Positions 63,128-64,000 of a DNA stretch of 64,000 nt are shown piece after piece. Under the pieces are notes generated by a model that saw nothing but the letters and a program-made list of their open reading frames with translations, made no database searches and had not been told where the DNA came from. This DNA comes from Truepera sp. GTDB taxonomy: Bacteria; Deinococcota; Deinococci; Deinococcales; Trueperaceae. The DNA is taken from positions 704,001 through 768,000 of the forward strand of contig CBDCKW010000009.1 in assembly GCA_965218435.1 (NCBI GenBank). The letters run 5' to 3'. A program made the position numbers and the translations under genes. How positions within the stretch are numbered: position 1 is the stretch's first letter; the number at the start of each line of letters is the position of its first letter.

Positions 63128-64000
63128 CACCCGAACTGCCCAAAACCCAAGCCTAACGTTTGACGAACTCGCACAAAATTTTGCTACACCCCCGAAAGCC
63201 TATTCTCCCGTGCCCATCTGGTGGTGGAGCGGCGACACGCTGACGCGCGAACGGCTCCGCTGGCAGATGGAGCGGCTTACCGAAGGCGGCGTCTATAACG
63301 CCGTCATTTTGAACCTGGCTCCAACCGGTCCGCTTTACGGCTCCGACCCTGACGACCCGCCCTTTTTAAGTGAGGCGTGGTGGACGCTTTTTGCAAGGGT
63401 TTGCGAGGACGCTGAGACGCTGGGATTTTGCCTCTGGTTTTACGATCAGCTCGGGTTTTCGGGTGCGAACCTGCAAGCCGAGCTGGTGCGAAATAATCCA
63501 AACTTTAGTGGGGAGTCGCTCGAGTCTCTGGCCGCCGACGGCACCACCCTGAGCCTCACCTGTCCTTCTGAAGGGCAACCGCTTGCTGCATTTTTCACCA
63601 CCGAAGCAGGCGAAAGGGTGCGGGTTGCGCTTAGCGGGCGCACCGCTCACATCACCGCCAAAGAAGCGGGCCGCTTACGCCTTGTCTACAGCGTCCGGCG
63701 CGGCTTCGACTACTTTAGCCCTGCAGCTTGTCAAGCCCTGCTGGACACCGTTCACGGTGCGTTTGAAAGGCGGCTGGGGCGCTTTTTCGGCACCACCATC
63801 GCCGGCTCATTTCAGGACGAACTACCCAACCTCGCCAGCTGGAGCGCCGACTTTGCCGAGGCGTTCAGGCAGCGTAAAGGCTACGACCTTTTAGGGCATC
63901 TCACCGCCCTCTGGGAGGGCACGGACGAACAGGCCGAACGTGTGCGGGCGGACTATCAGGAGATGCGGGCTGTACTCGCCGAAGAAGCCTTTTTCAAGCC
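63120..64000 (+). CDS. GH106-like glycoside hydrolase, partial (runs off the window; absent from the ORF track)
   Basis: ATG 63120 overlaps the GH78 stop. FATPPKAYSPVPIWWWSG..PFLSEAWW..LWFYDQLGFSG..FQDEL, open to the window end. Confidence 0.7.
   Translation, partial: MLDTRTAQNPSLTFDELAQNFATPPKAYSPVPIWWWSGDTLTRERLRWQMERLTEGGVYNAVILNLAPTGPLYGSDPDDPPFLSEAWWTLFARVCEDAETLGFCLWFYDQLGFSGANLQAELVRNNPNFSGESLESLAADGTTLSLTCPSEGQPLAAFFTTEAGERVRVALSGRTAHITAKEAGRLRLVYSVRRGFDYFSPAACQALLDTVHGAFERRLGRFFGTTIAGSFQDELPNLASWSADFAEAFRQRKGYDLLGHLTALWEGTDEQAERVRADYQEMRAVLAEEAFFK

Overview
A bacterial chromosomal segment, most consistent with Deinococcota (Truepera-like). This assignment is an inference from the IleRS ALHH motif, many apparently leaderless genes and a strong CTCGAG excess. 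Positions 1-44.5 kb are mostly housekeeping and transport: gap-pgk, T-box-controlled ileS, rho, Rrf2-iscS, tig-clpP-clpX, three tRNAs, a polyprenyl synthase, ccdA-TlpA, Crp, an Opp/Dpp ABC operon with an embedded Uma2 gene, secG, dus, a SAM-I riboswitch with metY-metX, and a Liv-type ABC operon with GntR. Positions 45-54.7 kb form an accessory defence and decay region. An IS5-family element joins a truncated PAS-protein gene to a half-length hsdS. The type I R-M locus has a MazEF-like TA pair nested antisense between hsdM and hsdR. It is followed by a DUF4343/R2K ATP-grasp gene, a degenerate tyrosine recombinase and a multi-stop pseudogene. Positions 55-64 kb hold a sugar-utilisation locus (isomerase, ABC transporter, GH78, partial GH106-like gene). 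The best leads are the IS-generated half-HsdS, a SAM-I riboswitch that appears to gate an unannotated 26-aa ORF, the HIP1-like CTCGAG excess, a pseudoknot-shaped rho leader, and the R-M/TA/ATP-grasp arrangement. No CRISPR array or rRNA was seen. All family calls come from motif recognition by eye, not from database searches.
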